From assembly GCF_009914755.1 (NCBI RefSeq), contig NC_060934.1: DNA of 64,000 bases. One strand, written 5' to 3'. Position numbers and translations under genes: made by a program. This document shows positions 10,838 through 25,135 of the stretch, piece by piece; position 1 is the first letter of the stretch, and each line of letters begins with the position of its first letter. Source of the stretch: the human T2T-CHM13v2.0 reference genome, Homo sapiens. The notes beneath the pieces were generated by a model, which had not been told where the DNA came from, made no database searches, and saw only the letters and a list, made by a program, of their open reading frames with translations.

Positions 10838-13800
10838 CATACACACCATAGTAGAATAAATTAATTATATTTTCTACAAAAATTATTTTCAATCTTTTTT
10901 GTTACAATGAGTATCATTTTCACATCTTATCTCAAAATGTCCTGAGAGGATACAGTGCCATGCAATTTGTTTTCTTTGCAAAAATCTGTTCATGTATCTA
11001 ACAACTAAATTATTTTACAAAAAATCATTTACACTAAGATAATCACATAGTTAAATATATGAAAGTAAAATTTTCAGAAATGCACTGGCAATGTATTAAT
11101 GATGTTTTGGTGGAAATGGTTCAGATAACTGAAACCTATTGATAAGATAGCTATGCCACATTTAAAGCAAAGAAACCCCAAAAACAGATGAAATATAAGT
11201 CAAAGGGCAAGCTCTGTTTTTCTTCCTATTGCTTTGTGTGGGGTCATTTAATCATGGTTCTAATCACTACAATCAAAAATGTACATGACATCACAAAAAG
11301 TCTGCATTAATCCTTCCAGACACAGTATCAGATAATGTGCTTAAAAGAAAAAAAAAAAAGCCCTGCCAGCTACTTCCTGTGGCAAACACGCACAGTGCTC
11401 TGCTTATCAAACAGCTCCTTTAACGAGAGAACACTCCTAGTTTTATTAAATCCCTTTTAGAGCATCATCTTTTATTGGACTTTGTCTTTTGTCAGTGGCT
11501 GTCACTAGTGAGCAAATCTCCAGAAGGTGAAGAGAATGATTAGGATGAGAATCTGACTTAGGGCAAAACTTTAGCTCTGAATGTAGAAGGGCTACTTTTG
11601 TGAATGTTATTTTCATTGAAAACGTAGCTATATATTTGTTTTATGTCTTAACTAAAAGCAAGGTTTTCTTTCCTAAAGCAATCCTTTATTTTAATTGTTA
11701 AGCCACAAGCTAGTTCTAGAATAAAGATTCTACTGATTATAATTATTCTAGATACTACATATTTCTCTGCATATCTCGGTTCGCATTTAACATATCCCAG
11801 TTGAAATTTCTTATCTTAATTTGATTATCAAAGTTATTGGTCACACCTATAGCCACAGAAAAGATAAGTGTTTTGGGGGAGCTTTACTGGACCACCTAGA
11901 TGAATGAATGTGTTTCAACTTACAAGCTTGTCTTTTTGGGAGAATGAAAGAATGATGAGTTCTCAACATTTGAATTTGGAATATGCATGTGTTTTATTAC
12001 GGTGTAGCAGGATGTGGCTGAATACCATCTTCTAGCCACACCCAGAAGGGCAATAGAACAAGTCCACTTTTGAATACTGTTCAATGTTACACTTAACAAT
12101 ACAAATCAAGTATTTCACTTTAAAAATTGATATAGAACAAGTATTTTTCATGTACAGAAAATTTCATGCAGGGGAAAACAACATTTTAGATAATAAGGTT
12201 GACAGACATTATTAACATAAAGGGATTCTCTGCTTTGCTGAAGGAACAACCTTGAAATTTCTAAAATCAGCGGTGATTTTTTCCCATTCAGTTATTGATA
12301 TTGAAATGGATATTTAATCACAATGTTTTAGCACACATTTATGTTATAAAATGAAATATGTGTGCATAGTGTATTGAATTATAAGATCAGGACATTCTAG
12401 GACAGCATTACAACCTAGATATAAATTCTTCACTAGTATCTACTATTCTTAATTTTCCCTCAGTCTTGTCACTTTCCTGAAGGATAATCTTCTCTGTATT
12501 AATGTAATATTCTGTCCAATAGTACTTCAATTAGTAACTCTGAGGGCATTTTGATGGTGAGGGTAAGGATAAGCATTGAGATAAGGGCATGCCTTGCTAA
12601 AAGGAATTACTATAGAAAACTAACTGCAATTAAAAAACTTTGCAAGGCCACATTTGCAAGCCCTGGTATCCAAATAAAATCATATTACCTTAAGTGGAAA
12701 AGTAACTTAGAAATTATCTGTTCAACCAAGAAACAGAGAATACCCTGAGGGGGATTCATCTATTACTGTTTATTATATGGGCAGAATTCCATGAACTGCA
12801 ACTGGAACAGGTAATGTTTGTAGAGAAGAGAAAATAACCAGTAGTCATTAAGCTCTTAGGGTTTAGAAATTAAACATTCCACACCATGATGGGAATGGAA
12901 ACACTGAGTGACATATATTACAAATACCTAGCCATTTTCGTTCCCTAGAATATGCTTGCTATTATGTAATACTGAAAAGACAAAAATGACAACTAGGGAA
13001 ATGGCATTTTTCAAGTCTGTTTATCACTGAAAGCACTCCCCGTGACTACGGTCATTATCAACTTTTTAAAATAAATAGTGGCTTGCAGTGCTAACTTGGC
13101 ACAATAGGACTGACAGAGAAAATCCAGTGTTTTGGATGTCTGGAGCCATGGACGGCAGCAGAGTCCATCCTGTGCAGGCTAGAAAGTGTGAGAAGCCACC
13201 CACCACGCCCACTGGGATGCCCTTCTATGCTGGAAAATCATGTAAACTTAGCCTTGCCTTTTGTAGACATGAGGGATCCAGATACCTTAATGTGAAGATT
13301 TTCAACTGAGTTCCAGGTTATAACCCATAAAACATGAATTCTCTCTACCATAAAAATGAAAGTAATTTATTTGCTGATGCAGAATGGTAGGTATTGGAAC
13401 TAAATTCAGATTAGATTAGAAAGAACTTCTATAGTTCTTTTCATTGCATTTACACAGATACACACACAGACACACACATATAAGAGCATGTGCACACACA
13501 TACCAGTCTTGCAAGGAACAGAACTTTTGAATATTAAAAACAACATTAGAAGTTATGTATGAGGTAATTTAAATTCAGTTCAATAGGGAAATATTTTGAC
13601 TTCAGCTAAAAAAGAATGTGATAAAGGATCTCGATGCCTGATATTGAAATTCAGTGTCTACACCTTATGAAGTAACTGGTTGGCTCTTTAAAAATATTTT
13701 GTTTGAATAGATCAACTTAATAATCATTCTTAATGTAAAATTTTATGCATTGTCTAGAAAATTTCAGCACCTCAACATCCCAACTTAATCTTCTTTCACC

Positions 13801-14095
13801 AAATTATTATCTACTTGCTTTGTATATATATACTTTATTTATTACATTACCTAACACTAGTTACATAATAGTAGTATTATTAATTGTAAATTTATTAGTT
13901 TTACCATGGAATTTTTAGCCACTTGATGTCAGACTTTTTAATCTTATTTAGATACACAAGTAGCATCAAGACTTGGTTTATAGAATTTTCCTCAACAAAA
14001 TGTTTTGTTGAATGTCCCCTACTTCATCCTAGCAAAAGTTCAAGTGTATACTTTTATTGTCTCTCAAATATTTATATTAAAATCTTTTTGAGTAG

Positions 14096-14434
<339 letters not shown>

Positions 14435-14785
14435 TTAAAATCAGGATTAGTAGCTACATTGCTATTTGCTAGGTGTGTAATCCTCAAAATTAATTTAATC
14501 TATTTAGGTCTCATTTTCTCATCCATAAACTGGGTATAATGATACTAATATATTTTCCTGTGAGAACTTGGCAATATATTACATATAAAGCTGTTAAAAC
14601 ATTTTTATTTATCATGTTGCTATATGAGGTAACTCATTCAATTTTGCTTGTTTTAGTCATTATACACTTTTCCAATTACTTAATTGATCACTTCTTTCCT
14701 GAAATACAGTAAACATCATATACTGAGAAAACTGGGACTGCAAAGTGCCTATTAAAATGTCATATGTTAACCAAATGTTGTCATA

Positions 14786-14902
14786 TGAGACAAAATTTTG
14801 CCATGTTGCCCAGGCTGGTCTCAAACTCCTGAGCTCAAGTGATCCACCCACCTCAGCCTCTAAAAATGCTGGGTTTACAGGCATGACCCACCATGCCCGG
14901 CC
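14786..14902 (-). mobile_element. FLAM/AluJ monomer
   Basis: 'ccatgttgcccaggctggtctcaaactcctgagctcaagtgatcc...catgcccggcc'. Confidence 0.9.
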
Positions 14903-15138
14903 TCAACTAATTTTCTAACTAAAATATTTCTCAAATTACTAATCAAAGGACTTAATCACAATTTGTTCAAGAATGAATATACATGTTTTATACATGTGTG
15001 TTGGTGTGTGTGCATGTGTATAAATACAGTCTTCAGGACTGTTTAGTACAGGCAGAATGAAGTGAAAAATAGGACAATTATTATGGTCCTAAAACTCTAT
15101 ACTTTTTTTTTTTCTATTTTCTCATTAAAATGCCAAGG

Positions 15139-15218
15139 ATAGGAAAGATGTCTCAACCCAGATTCCAAGTTCCCAACTGCATAGGAAAGATGTCTCAACC
15201 CAAATTCCAAGTTCCCAA
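15139..15218. repeat. Tandem duplication, period 42 bp, two copies
   Basis: ataggaaagatgtctcaaccca(g/a)attccaagttcccaa at 15139 and 15181, one mismatch. Confidence 0.97.
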
Positions 15219-16187
15219 TTTTGTATCCCATTCAAATACCAACATCTAAAACTTTGCATCTAAAGTACATTCTGAACAGAGACATACACACATTCTCTCT
15301 CCATGTGAACCTCACTATTCTGAAACATACACATTTGAAAATAAATGAAAAATATCTTTGGTTCTTTGAACTGTGGCAACTAAGTCCATTTTTTTCATGT
15401 CCTATAAATGAATCCTATTAAACTGCTGAAATGGTATACAGTATTTACATGCATTTAAATTCACTATAAATATTTACAGAACTTCAAGATGAATGCCAGT
15501 AATATAAGCAAAATATGTCTGACCACAGTTACTTTTCATGAGTAAATGGGTTCTGCCAAATGGCTTTTTCCCTAAAAACTAAGTTTTTTGAATTTTGTTC
15601 AGATAATAGCAATAAAGAGACAATCACTCTCTACAACAGTTCCTAGGAAGTTGAAGAAAACTGCAGATTTTAAGGGAGATTCACTGTTAGGTGTGTTGGC
15701 TTCATGCCTCTTGATGGCATTCTTTAGTGTGTATGAATTTTGTTTAATGGGGAGAGAAATTGACCATAGGAACTAATACGAGGGTGCCAACAGAGTTACA
15801 AAATGGAAGATTCTATAAGTAGAATTGGGAGGCTGGTGATTCAAATGACATCTTTAGCAAAAATCCCTGGGAAATAAACCATTTTCAATAGTTTGCTAGA
15901 AATTATTTTGATTGTAATACGTTTCTAGCAGTGACACAGCAAATTTTTAGAGCTTGCAATGTGATATGAACAGCAATAAATCACCAATACATGGCCGATG
16001 GCCTCTTCTAGGCAGATCCGTCTACAACTGGTAACAGCAACCATATCGAGTTTCTCTTTATCACAATACCACGAGGCTTATCATCATTGCCATGCCTTTA
16101 GTAACATCACTTTTTTAAATGGGCATTTTCACAATGTAATCTGCAACCTACATATAACATGCACTCTTTATTGAAGGCCGTACTTAC

Positions 16188-16264
16188 AGTTTGACTTTGA
16201 GTCAGCTCAGCATTCTAAATCAAACGCAAACAGCAGAATCATATGGCATAGACACTTAGCAAAT
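16188..16264 (-). ncRNA. Candidate 77-nt internal non-coding exon of a spliced lncRNA (host tentatively MIR137HG-like, unverified)
   Basis: Minus strand reads 'ctttgtctttattcttccttgcag|ATTTGC...CAAACT|gtaagt': strong acceptor, consensus GTAAGT donor, non-repeat context, stop codons in all three frames. Confidence 0.6.
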
Positions 16265-17619
16265 CTGCAAGGAAGAATAAAGACAAAGTTGTAAAAACAA
16301 TATTTTTTTAAAAGCTTATTGTATGCATAATTTATAATTCATGGGACTTAGTCTTTGGGAGAGAATACACACGCAGATTTATGTAGCTACAGATTGAATG
16401 TAAATTCAATACCCAGTCCCTTAAGGAGCTGAGATTGTTTGTCTCCTAACCACAGAAGTTTTGTATTCTAGTTATTTTCCAGCACTAACTAAATACGTGA
16501 ACTTGGAAAAGTCACACTGAATATCTGGGACGGAATTTCCTGATCTTAATAGTCAGAAATATACCTAAACTATTCCTAGGGTCCCTTCCAGTTTAATGGT
16601 GGATATTAATTATTTGAAAACATTTTAGAGAACCTTAACTGAAGAAAGAACTAAGGGCATCTTCTGATTGGTAGACTCTCCTGTTACAAGAGATGTTCAA
16701 TGTATTTTGGAAGACAAGAAAGTTTACCATTTTGTTTCCAAGACAAAACTGTGTGCTTTGCACTATGCTGAGCACATTGTCAATATTTACCAAATTTAAA
16801 TGAATGAAAAAAATCTATATTATAACTGACATGAGGAATCTTCACATAATACTTCTTGCTAATTTGAAAAATGAGACATTGGTTTAGAAAAAATCAAAGA
16901 GCTTATATATAAATTAAAATTCTAAAATCACCTTGTGGTTTTAATATATTATCTATAAATGTATAACTTTGTACAGAAAAAAAGTGTTTTCCGAAGAATT
17001 TTTAAAACTTAATTTAAAAAAATGATGATCAACCTACCAAACACAAACTAAGAGTAAATGAAACAAGTGGCAAGTAGCCTATAGAAATATTTGAAGAAAT
17101 ATGTATTTGGCCATCCTTCCGTCTACCAGTTAAACATTTGCTTTTCCTCATCAATAGAAATGATCAGATTCTAAGCAAATACATGCAACTGAAACAAACA
17201 TGTGGGTTGTTTTGCACATCCAGAAATAATATCGTATACTCATTAAAACAATCAGGTTTTTTGGGGGGAATTTTAATTTCATCATCATAGTTATATCCTC
17301 TGTAAAACAGATCCAGAAGTTTAGAAACACACCTTGATTTATATGTGTTTGATATTTGACCAATCAGCAGAAACTCAAAAAATTTACAGGCTGAAAAGAC
17401 ACCAAATTTTCCCGTTGTACTTCATAGATAAGGAACCCAGGGCACTGCAGTGTTTGTTTTCCCAAAATAGCAGAATTAGTTAATGGCAGAGCTGTTACCA
17501 GAAAAGAGTTCCGATTGGATCCTGTGTGTTCGGATGCTTATTTATTTACCATGTTTGTGAATAAACCATGCAAACCGTGGCAGAAGTGAGGATGTTAGCA
17601 TTTATAAATCTACAAGAAG

Positions 17620-18200
17620 AGTATCCACTTAGAAGAAATAGCTAGGAGAAAGTCCCTACAGGGGGAGCTTGCTTGACATGATCAAGAAAGTCTTCATAGT
17701 TGGAATGCAGTGAAGGAAGAAGAGCAACCCGAAGATGGGTTTAGACATACAAGGCAGAACAGCTCCCGCAGGGCCTGATAGGCCACAGCAAGGACTCTGG
17801 CTTTTACTCCAAGGCGCACAGGGAGCCACGGCAGGGTTTTGGGCAGAAGAGGCACTTGATCAAGACTTAAGGTTTTGGGCAGGAATTTAAAATTATTTTC
17901 TATAAAGGGCCAGATGTTAAGAGTTAGGCTTTGTGGTCCACGGGTTCTCTGTTGAAACGCCTCCGGTCTGCCACAGTTACATTAAAGCAACTATAGATGA
18001 TGCATAAATGAATGAGTGTGGCTGTGTTCTAATAAAACTTTATTTACAAAAGCGGCTGCGGGCCAGATTTGCCCCATGGGCTGTTGTTTACTAACCCCTT
18101 GTTGAAGGACTCATGCTGGCTGCTGTGTTGAGAATGGACTCTGGGTAAGCGGCAGTGGAAGCAAGGAGGCCAGTCAGGATAAGAGATGATGCTATGTGCA
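17620..18200 (-). mobile_element. L2 fragment interrupted by MER58A
   Basis: 'gggcctgataggccacagcaaggactctggcttttactc...gggagccacggcagggttttg' continues as 'ctggctgctgtgttgagaatggact' after MER58. Confidence 0.8.
17880..18099 (+). mobile_element. MER58A-like hAT-Charlie MITE
   Basis: 'taaagggccagat', 'gtgtggctgtgttctaataaaactttatttacaaa', 'gggccagatttgccccatgggc'. Confidence 0.85.
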
Positions 18201-18351
18201 TGTTTTCCCACCTAGTGCATTTCTGAGGGAGTCTCCTCAATTACAGAGAGGTTTTAATGGTAGGGGTAAAAGAGAGGAGAGGAGGGAAGGGAAGGGAATA
18301 AGAGAAGACGCTGCTTAAGGAAAAAGAAGGAACAAGAATGTGATGAGGATG

Positions 18352-18446
18352 CTTTCCTTCCTTCCTTCCTTCCTTCCTTCCTTCCTTCCTTCCTTCCTTC
18401 CTCTCTTTCTCTTTCTCTCTCTCTCTGTCTCTTTCTTTCTTTCTTT

Positions 18447-18447
<1 letters not shown>
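18352..18447. repeat. (TTCC)n plus TC-rich tract (Alu-tail derived)
   Basis: About 12 TTCC units then (TC)/(TTTC) repeats, abutting the Alu. Confidence 0.95.
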
Positions 18448-18727
<280 letters not shown>

Positions 18728-19710
18728 CATCATTTCTTTTTATATGGCAAATAAATGAAAATAAAATACTGAAACCCCTCCCTCCTTGAAATATTATAAT
18801 AGTAATTTGATTAAATTAAAAGTTGTTCACATCATGGTAGGTAGGGGATTTGGATATGGTGACTTTTAAAAGTACATTTTATATGAGGAGAAAATAGAAA
18901 TATATACAAAAAAGAGATCACTTCCAGACCATAAACAGCTCCATACTCAAGTATCTGGACTTGATTCCAAGGTGGTGCAGAAGTCTGCAAAGTGGTCATT
19001 CAGCTATGAGGTACAACACTCTTACTTCCCTTTTCTTTCCAAGAAAGGAAGTTTTTAGAGAACAAAAACTTTTCTCTGTCACAAAATAAATTATCTGCTT
19101 GTCAAATGACACTTCCAGTGTACCACAGCCATCAACAACACTTTTAATTTGGTGATGTTTTAGTGTAAATTCACAGTAGCAAATATACAATATTTTGAAG
19201 TATGCTACTGTAATGATAAAATAATTACAACATGGGACAATGATTATTTAAGATAGTTTAAAATTAAGATAATGAAAATATTAAATCGTACAAACAACAT
19301 TAATTGAAACTTTATTTATTCTCAATTAATGATTGATTTTCTTCCGATTACAAAAATGATATATGCTCACTGTTAAAAAAAACTGTGAAAATAAATATAA
19401 GCATAAAAGGAAATACATTCCCCTGAGTCTGTATCATGGGATGTTAATCAATTTTAACATTGGCCACTTTTATGCATATTATGTGTACACATAGATTTAC
19501 AGTCTTACGTTGAATTATATCACAAATAGGATGTTTATATGTGTTTTCTTCTCACTGTTACATTTTTGCAATCATTTTTCTTATATTTCAATATTGTATC
19601 TCATCCCAATGAATTGTATTTGGCAATGATGTTAAAGTCCAAATTTAGCACATAAAAAACAACTCACAAGTTGCATTACTGTGTTTTCTCACAATTAAAA
19701 AAAGGAATGA

Positions 19711-20111
<401 letters not shown>

Positions 20112-20885
20112 TTAGCCTATGAAGATCAGGAGTTCTCTCTACCTTTGAATTTGCTCTGCTGAGCATCCACTTCTATAGTAGTCAGCTTCTTATTAATCCT
20201 GACTCATTCCTTCTATTCATACTGCAAACAACTGACTTCCTGGTAATTTTACTGTACTAATTTGAAATGAGCGGTAAACTAGATGTGAACTAGCTTAAAA
20301 CTTATCTTTGGAGAATCTATTTGGAAAGCTGGTTAATCATGTCAACAGTAAAAGTTCAAATTGGAAGGCAAAGATTTAGGCACTTCCAAAAAAAAAACCC
20401 AATAAGCTTTCAAGAATTAAAAAATACTTAAGCAACAATAGCTATCTGATGAAGCTGCTAATTACACACTATCCTTATTTACAGATGTCATCAGGTTTAG
20501 TGGACCACGTAGCAATGCTTCGCTATTAGTTTTGTGCTACTTTGTGCATTAAGAGGTAACATTTTATTTTTGGTGACTTTCTAGTTTTTATATGTATTAT
20601 TATTAAATATTTTTTAAGCGCTTGGACATAACCTACTATTTCTCAATGGTGGGAAACAAAGATTATAAAAGTGACTATAGGGTGTTTCAGTTTCAGACAA
20701 TTTATTATTTATCAATGATAATACTTTAATTACTACCAAGAATAATTTAAGTGACTAAATTTTCAGATGTGATTTTGTTTCATCAGTGTGACTTATTCGT
20801 GTAGAATTAAGGCAGTTCTAAGAAAATGTTTTGAGAAACTAATGAGAAACTTAAATTTTACCCAATGTTGAACTTTTGCATGTGA

Positions 20886-20887
<2 letters not shown>

Positions 20888-20916
<29 letters not shown>

Positions 20917-22394
20917 GTTTTTTTGTTTTTAGTACTGGGATACACATGCAGGTTTGTTATATAAGTACACATGTGCTATGGTGGTTTGCTGCACCTATAA
21001 ACCCATCATCTAGGTTTTCAGCCATGCATGCATTAGGTATTTGTCCTAATTCTCTCCCTCCCCTTCCCCCCCAACTCCCTGACAGGCCCCAGTGTGTGTT
21101 GTTCCCCTCCCTATGTCCATGCGTTCTCATTGTTCAACTCTCACTTATGAGTGAGGACGTGTGGTGTTTGATTTTCTATTCCTGTGTTAGTTTGCTGAGG
21201 ATGATGGCTTCCTGCTTAATCTATGTCTCTGCAAAGGACATGATCTCATTATTTTTTATGGCTGCATAGTATTCCATGCTGCATATGTACCACATTTTCT
21301 GTATCCAGTCTATCAGTGATGGGCATTTGGGTGGGTTCCATGTCTTTGCTATTGTAAATAGTGCTGCAATGAACACACATGTGAATGTATGTGTCTTTAG
21401 AGTAGAATGATTTATATTCCTTTGGGTATATACCCAGTAATGGGATTGCTGGGTCAAATGTTATTTCTGGTTCTAGATCCTTGAGGAATTGCCACACTGT
21501 CTTCCACAATAGTTGAACTAATTTACATTCTCACCAACAGTGTAAAGCGTTCCTATTTCTCCACAGCCTCGCCAGCATCTATTGTTTCCTTACTTTTTAA
21601 AAATTGCCATTCTGACTAGCATGAGATGGTATCTCATTGTGGTTTTGATTTGCATTTCTCTAATGATCAGTGATGTTGAGCTTTTTTTATATGTTTGTTA
21701 GCCGCATAAATGTCTTCTTTTGAGAAGTGTCTGTTCATATCCTTTGCTCACTTTTTGATGGGGTTGTTTGTTTTTTTCTTGTAAATTTGTTTAAGTTTCT
21801 TGTAGATTCTGGATATTAGACCTTTGTCAGACAAGCAGATTGCAAAAATTTTATCCCATTCTGTAGGTTGCCTGTTCACTCTGATGATAGTTTTGGCTCT
21901 ATTCCTGGGATGCAAGGCTGGTTCAACATATGCAGATCAATAAACGTAAATCCATCACATAAACAGAACCAATGACAAAAATTGTATGATTATCTCAATA
22001 GGCGCAGAAAAGGCCTTTGATAAAATTCAACATCACTTCATGTTAAAAACTCTCAATAAACTAGGTATTGCTGGAACGTATCTCAAAATAATAAGAAATA
22101 TTTATGACAAACCCATAGCCAATATCATAGTGAATGGGCTAAAGTTGGAAGCATTCGCTTTGAAAACCAGCACAAGACAAATATGCCCTCTCTCACCACT
22201 CCTATTCAACATAGGGAAATCGGGCAAGAGAAAGAAATAAAGGGTATTCAAATAGGAAGAGAGGAAGTCAAATTGTCTCTGCAGATGACATGATTCTATA
22301 TTTTGAAAATCCCATCATTTCAACCCACAAACTCCTTAAGCTGATAAGCAACTTTGCAAAGTCTCAGGATATAAAACTAATGTGCAAAAAGCAC
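20888..22394 (-). mobile_element. L1PA (L1PA7/8-like) with 5' inversion: antisense 3' part 20888-21893, sense ORF2 RT fragment 21894-22394
   Basis: Minus-strand peptide WKTVWQFLKDLEPEITFDPAIPLLGIYPK; plus-strand RT peptide [23 protein letters not shown]; degenerate TSD gcatgtgaggtttt / gcacatgagctttt. Confidence 0.95.
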
Positions 22395-22461
22395 ATGAGC
22401 TTTTCTACAACATAACAAATCAGGTGGAATTATAGTTTTGGTGGATTTCTAAAGTTTTGTT

Positions 22462-22548
22462 TAACTTTTATTTTAAGTTCAGGGGTACATGTGCAGGGTA
22501 GTTGCATAGGTAAACTTGTGTCATGGAGGTTGTTGTACAGATTATTTC
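22462..22548 (-). mobile_element. Older L1PA 3' terminal fragment
   Basis: 'ttttattttaagttcaggggtacatgtgcagg...gttgttgtacagattattt'. Confidence 0.85.
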
Positions 22549-22802
22549 TATATTATATTTTATATCTCCAAGCTGCATTGTCCCCACTTCCATCCTGTGT
22601 GGTCAATAAACTAACTGAAAGCATCATGATTTTTAACTGAGCTATAGATTTCCATTAAGGAAAGAGCCCAACATTTAGAAATCTGAATTTATTTACAGTA
22701 AATAACGCAATCTTATATGTAATCCATGGTACTTTATCACTACCTGGGACATTTTCCTGTTCTAGTTCTCATTTATATCTTCTTTTTTTTTTTTCTTTTA
22801 GG

Positions 22803-22805
<3 letters not shown>

Positions 22806-22841
<36 letters not shown>
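22806..22841. repeat. (GT)18 microsatellite
   Basis: Seen directly. Confidence 0.98.
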
Positions 22842-22842
<1 letters not shown>

Positions 22843-23306
22843 GCTACTAAAAAAAAAATAAAAAGTGGAGTCCTCAGGGAATATGTCACCCTTGTATGCA
22901 TGCCCAACCCCACTGAATGTTGCTATAATCCCAGCTTTACATTCAGCACCCTGAGCCCCAACTTGTAACCTCATCCCACTCTGGAAGCTTCTCCCTGAGC
23001 CACAGCTATTATACATTTAAGTTCATAAATACTGGCTCTAGGAGTTTTTCTGCATGTTAAATTAATCTTACATTAGGCATTTTGTTACGTAAAGATCCAT
23101 TTCTGTCATTTAATTCCTTACAACTTTAGCTCTGTCATCCTTAAACTATGAATAATTTCTAACTCATATGGATACTCTAAAAACATGATGACAAGGGGTT
23201 GGAGGAGCAAAGCAAGTGCCTCTCACTAGGTAGTGCATAAAGAGTACTTGTTTCATGCCACAGGGGAGAGGTAAATTTTTGTACCAAATGATTGCAGATC
23301 TTTTCT

Positions 23307-23345
23307 TATCTATATATCTGTCTATTTTTCTATCATCTATCTTTT

Positions 23346-23401
<56 letters not shown>
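23307..23401. repeat. (TATC)n STR, about 12 perfect units at 23351-23401 with a degenerate 5' flank
   Basis: Seen directly. Confidence 0.97.
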
Positions 23402-25079
23402 TTTTGTTATCCTTAAGGTGGACAAATTAAAGTCAGCCTGAGATGTAAGTGCCCTGAATGTAGGATGGGTTCTTCCCTACATGCCCCATCCACTCCCCGA
23501 TCACCACCTTAAAGACTTGTCCCTATGCTGAACACATTTTCTCACCTCCTTATTCAGCTGCTGATGACCCACCCAGAGACCTAGTCAGCATCAGTTAGGA
23601 ACCAAATGTCTTCCACTGATAGAGTCCACAATCTTACGTAGAGACCATAGCATAGAGGCATGACCAAAATGCCTACACTTGCTGCCAAATCTGGCCAATA
23701 GGGAGATTTGTCTCTTCCATCTTGATTCAGAAAAATGTCCTTCTCATACAAATATGGTTCTGCAAAAAGACCCATGTTACTTAGTCCTTTACCTTTATCC
23801 TAAACCACAGTATGTGTTTATTTATGTGTGTTGGTTCTTCCTAATGATAAATGAAACCTAAAATTAAATTAACCTAACATAAAAAAGTTTTGAAAACTAA
23901 AATTATGTGGGTATCCCACTGTTTACTTAGTAATGCTGTGTGGGGAAAAGTATGTAAATCATCAAAAATTAAAGGCCTTTATTACACAATAAATAATCTT
24001 TTAGGAATGTGAGTGACTGACCTATTTACTTACCTTGTAAATTTTAATTTTGTGAATTACCTTGAATGATGTAACTGTACATGTTTCAAAATGCAAACAA
24101 AATGATTAACCGAAGAAATCTCTAAGATAAAGTTAGTACATTCTTTCAATTTCTTATACTTAAATACTTTCACATTTGCAGAAAGGAGCTTATGGCCCTC
24201 ATATCTTAAATATTTTTTATTTCAAAAAGAGAATATACACAAAGTGAACACTCTTTAAAATGATAGAAAAGTTGATACACTATAGGTCTCCACTGTGCCC
24301 TATAGTGTACCTAAACATGATGGATACATTATTTTGGGATGTTAACCTCAACTTAATGTAGCACAGTGGAAAGTGGGAGAACCTTACACAAGGTAATGTG
24401 AGAAAGGAAATCATTATAGAATTTGCTTTCTGAGTATTGGAGGAATTTCCTAGGTAGCACTCAAACCTAGAGTATCTTTTAAAACTTCTTCCCTCATTTC
24501 TGTAACTCATAAAAGAGTGAATTTTGTAGAGAACATTTTCAGGGGACATTGAAATGTTTGCACAGACCCTTCAGTAGCAAAATATAAACTAGGAAAACAA
24601 AAATAAGTACTTTAAAGACTGAACATTGAGCAATTCCAGAGAGAGAGAGCGAGAAAGCAAGTGAGAAAGAGACAAAGGAGTGATCTAGTCTTTGCATTAA
24701 ACTTATTTATTTATTTACTTTAAATCATTCATCTAATATAAATAAGTGTGGATTCATTTAGAAGCAACACTGACCAGAGAAAGAGTAGCCTATCAGGGGA
24801 GATCTCTGTTCCAGAAAGACAAGGTCAAATATTCCTGTGGATATGGCTCCCTGTTTTACTCCTCCTCCTGTTTGCCTTCACTCCTCCTCTTCTATAACCA
24901 CTATCACAGTATCTGCTCTTCCTTTCCACTACCGTCATCACCCCACCTGGAAGTACAATTTTTTTTTTCATGGAGGAGTTTTGTAGAGAAAAAAATTTTA
25001 AACTTTTCTATGAACCTATGGGTTTTACCTCACTCTTTATAAGAAAGAACACTGGTGGTTAAACCCCATGCAATGTTAC

Positions 25080-25080
<1 letters not shown>

Positions 25081-25118
<38 letters not shown>

Positions 25119-25135
25119 CGTGCACGCGTGCACAC
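25081..25135. repeat. (TG)n(CG)5 compound repeat, Z-DNA prone
   Basis: 55 bp of unbroken pyrimidine-purine alternation. Confidence 0.95.

Noticed and set aside
21986-22240. Reverse-transcriptase-like ORF
   Set aside because: Truncated, frameshifted L1 ORF2 fragment, not a gene or novel retroelement
22942-22960. REST/RE1-like TTCAGCACC
   Set aside because: Left half only; the GGACAG right half is absent
24028-24036. Consensus minus-strand donor AAG|GTAAGT
   Set aside because: No convincing acceptor at exon distance
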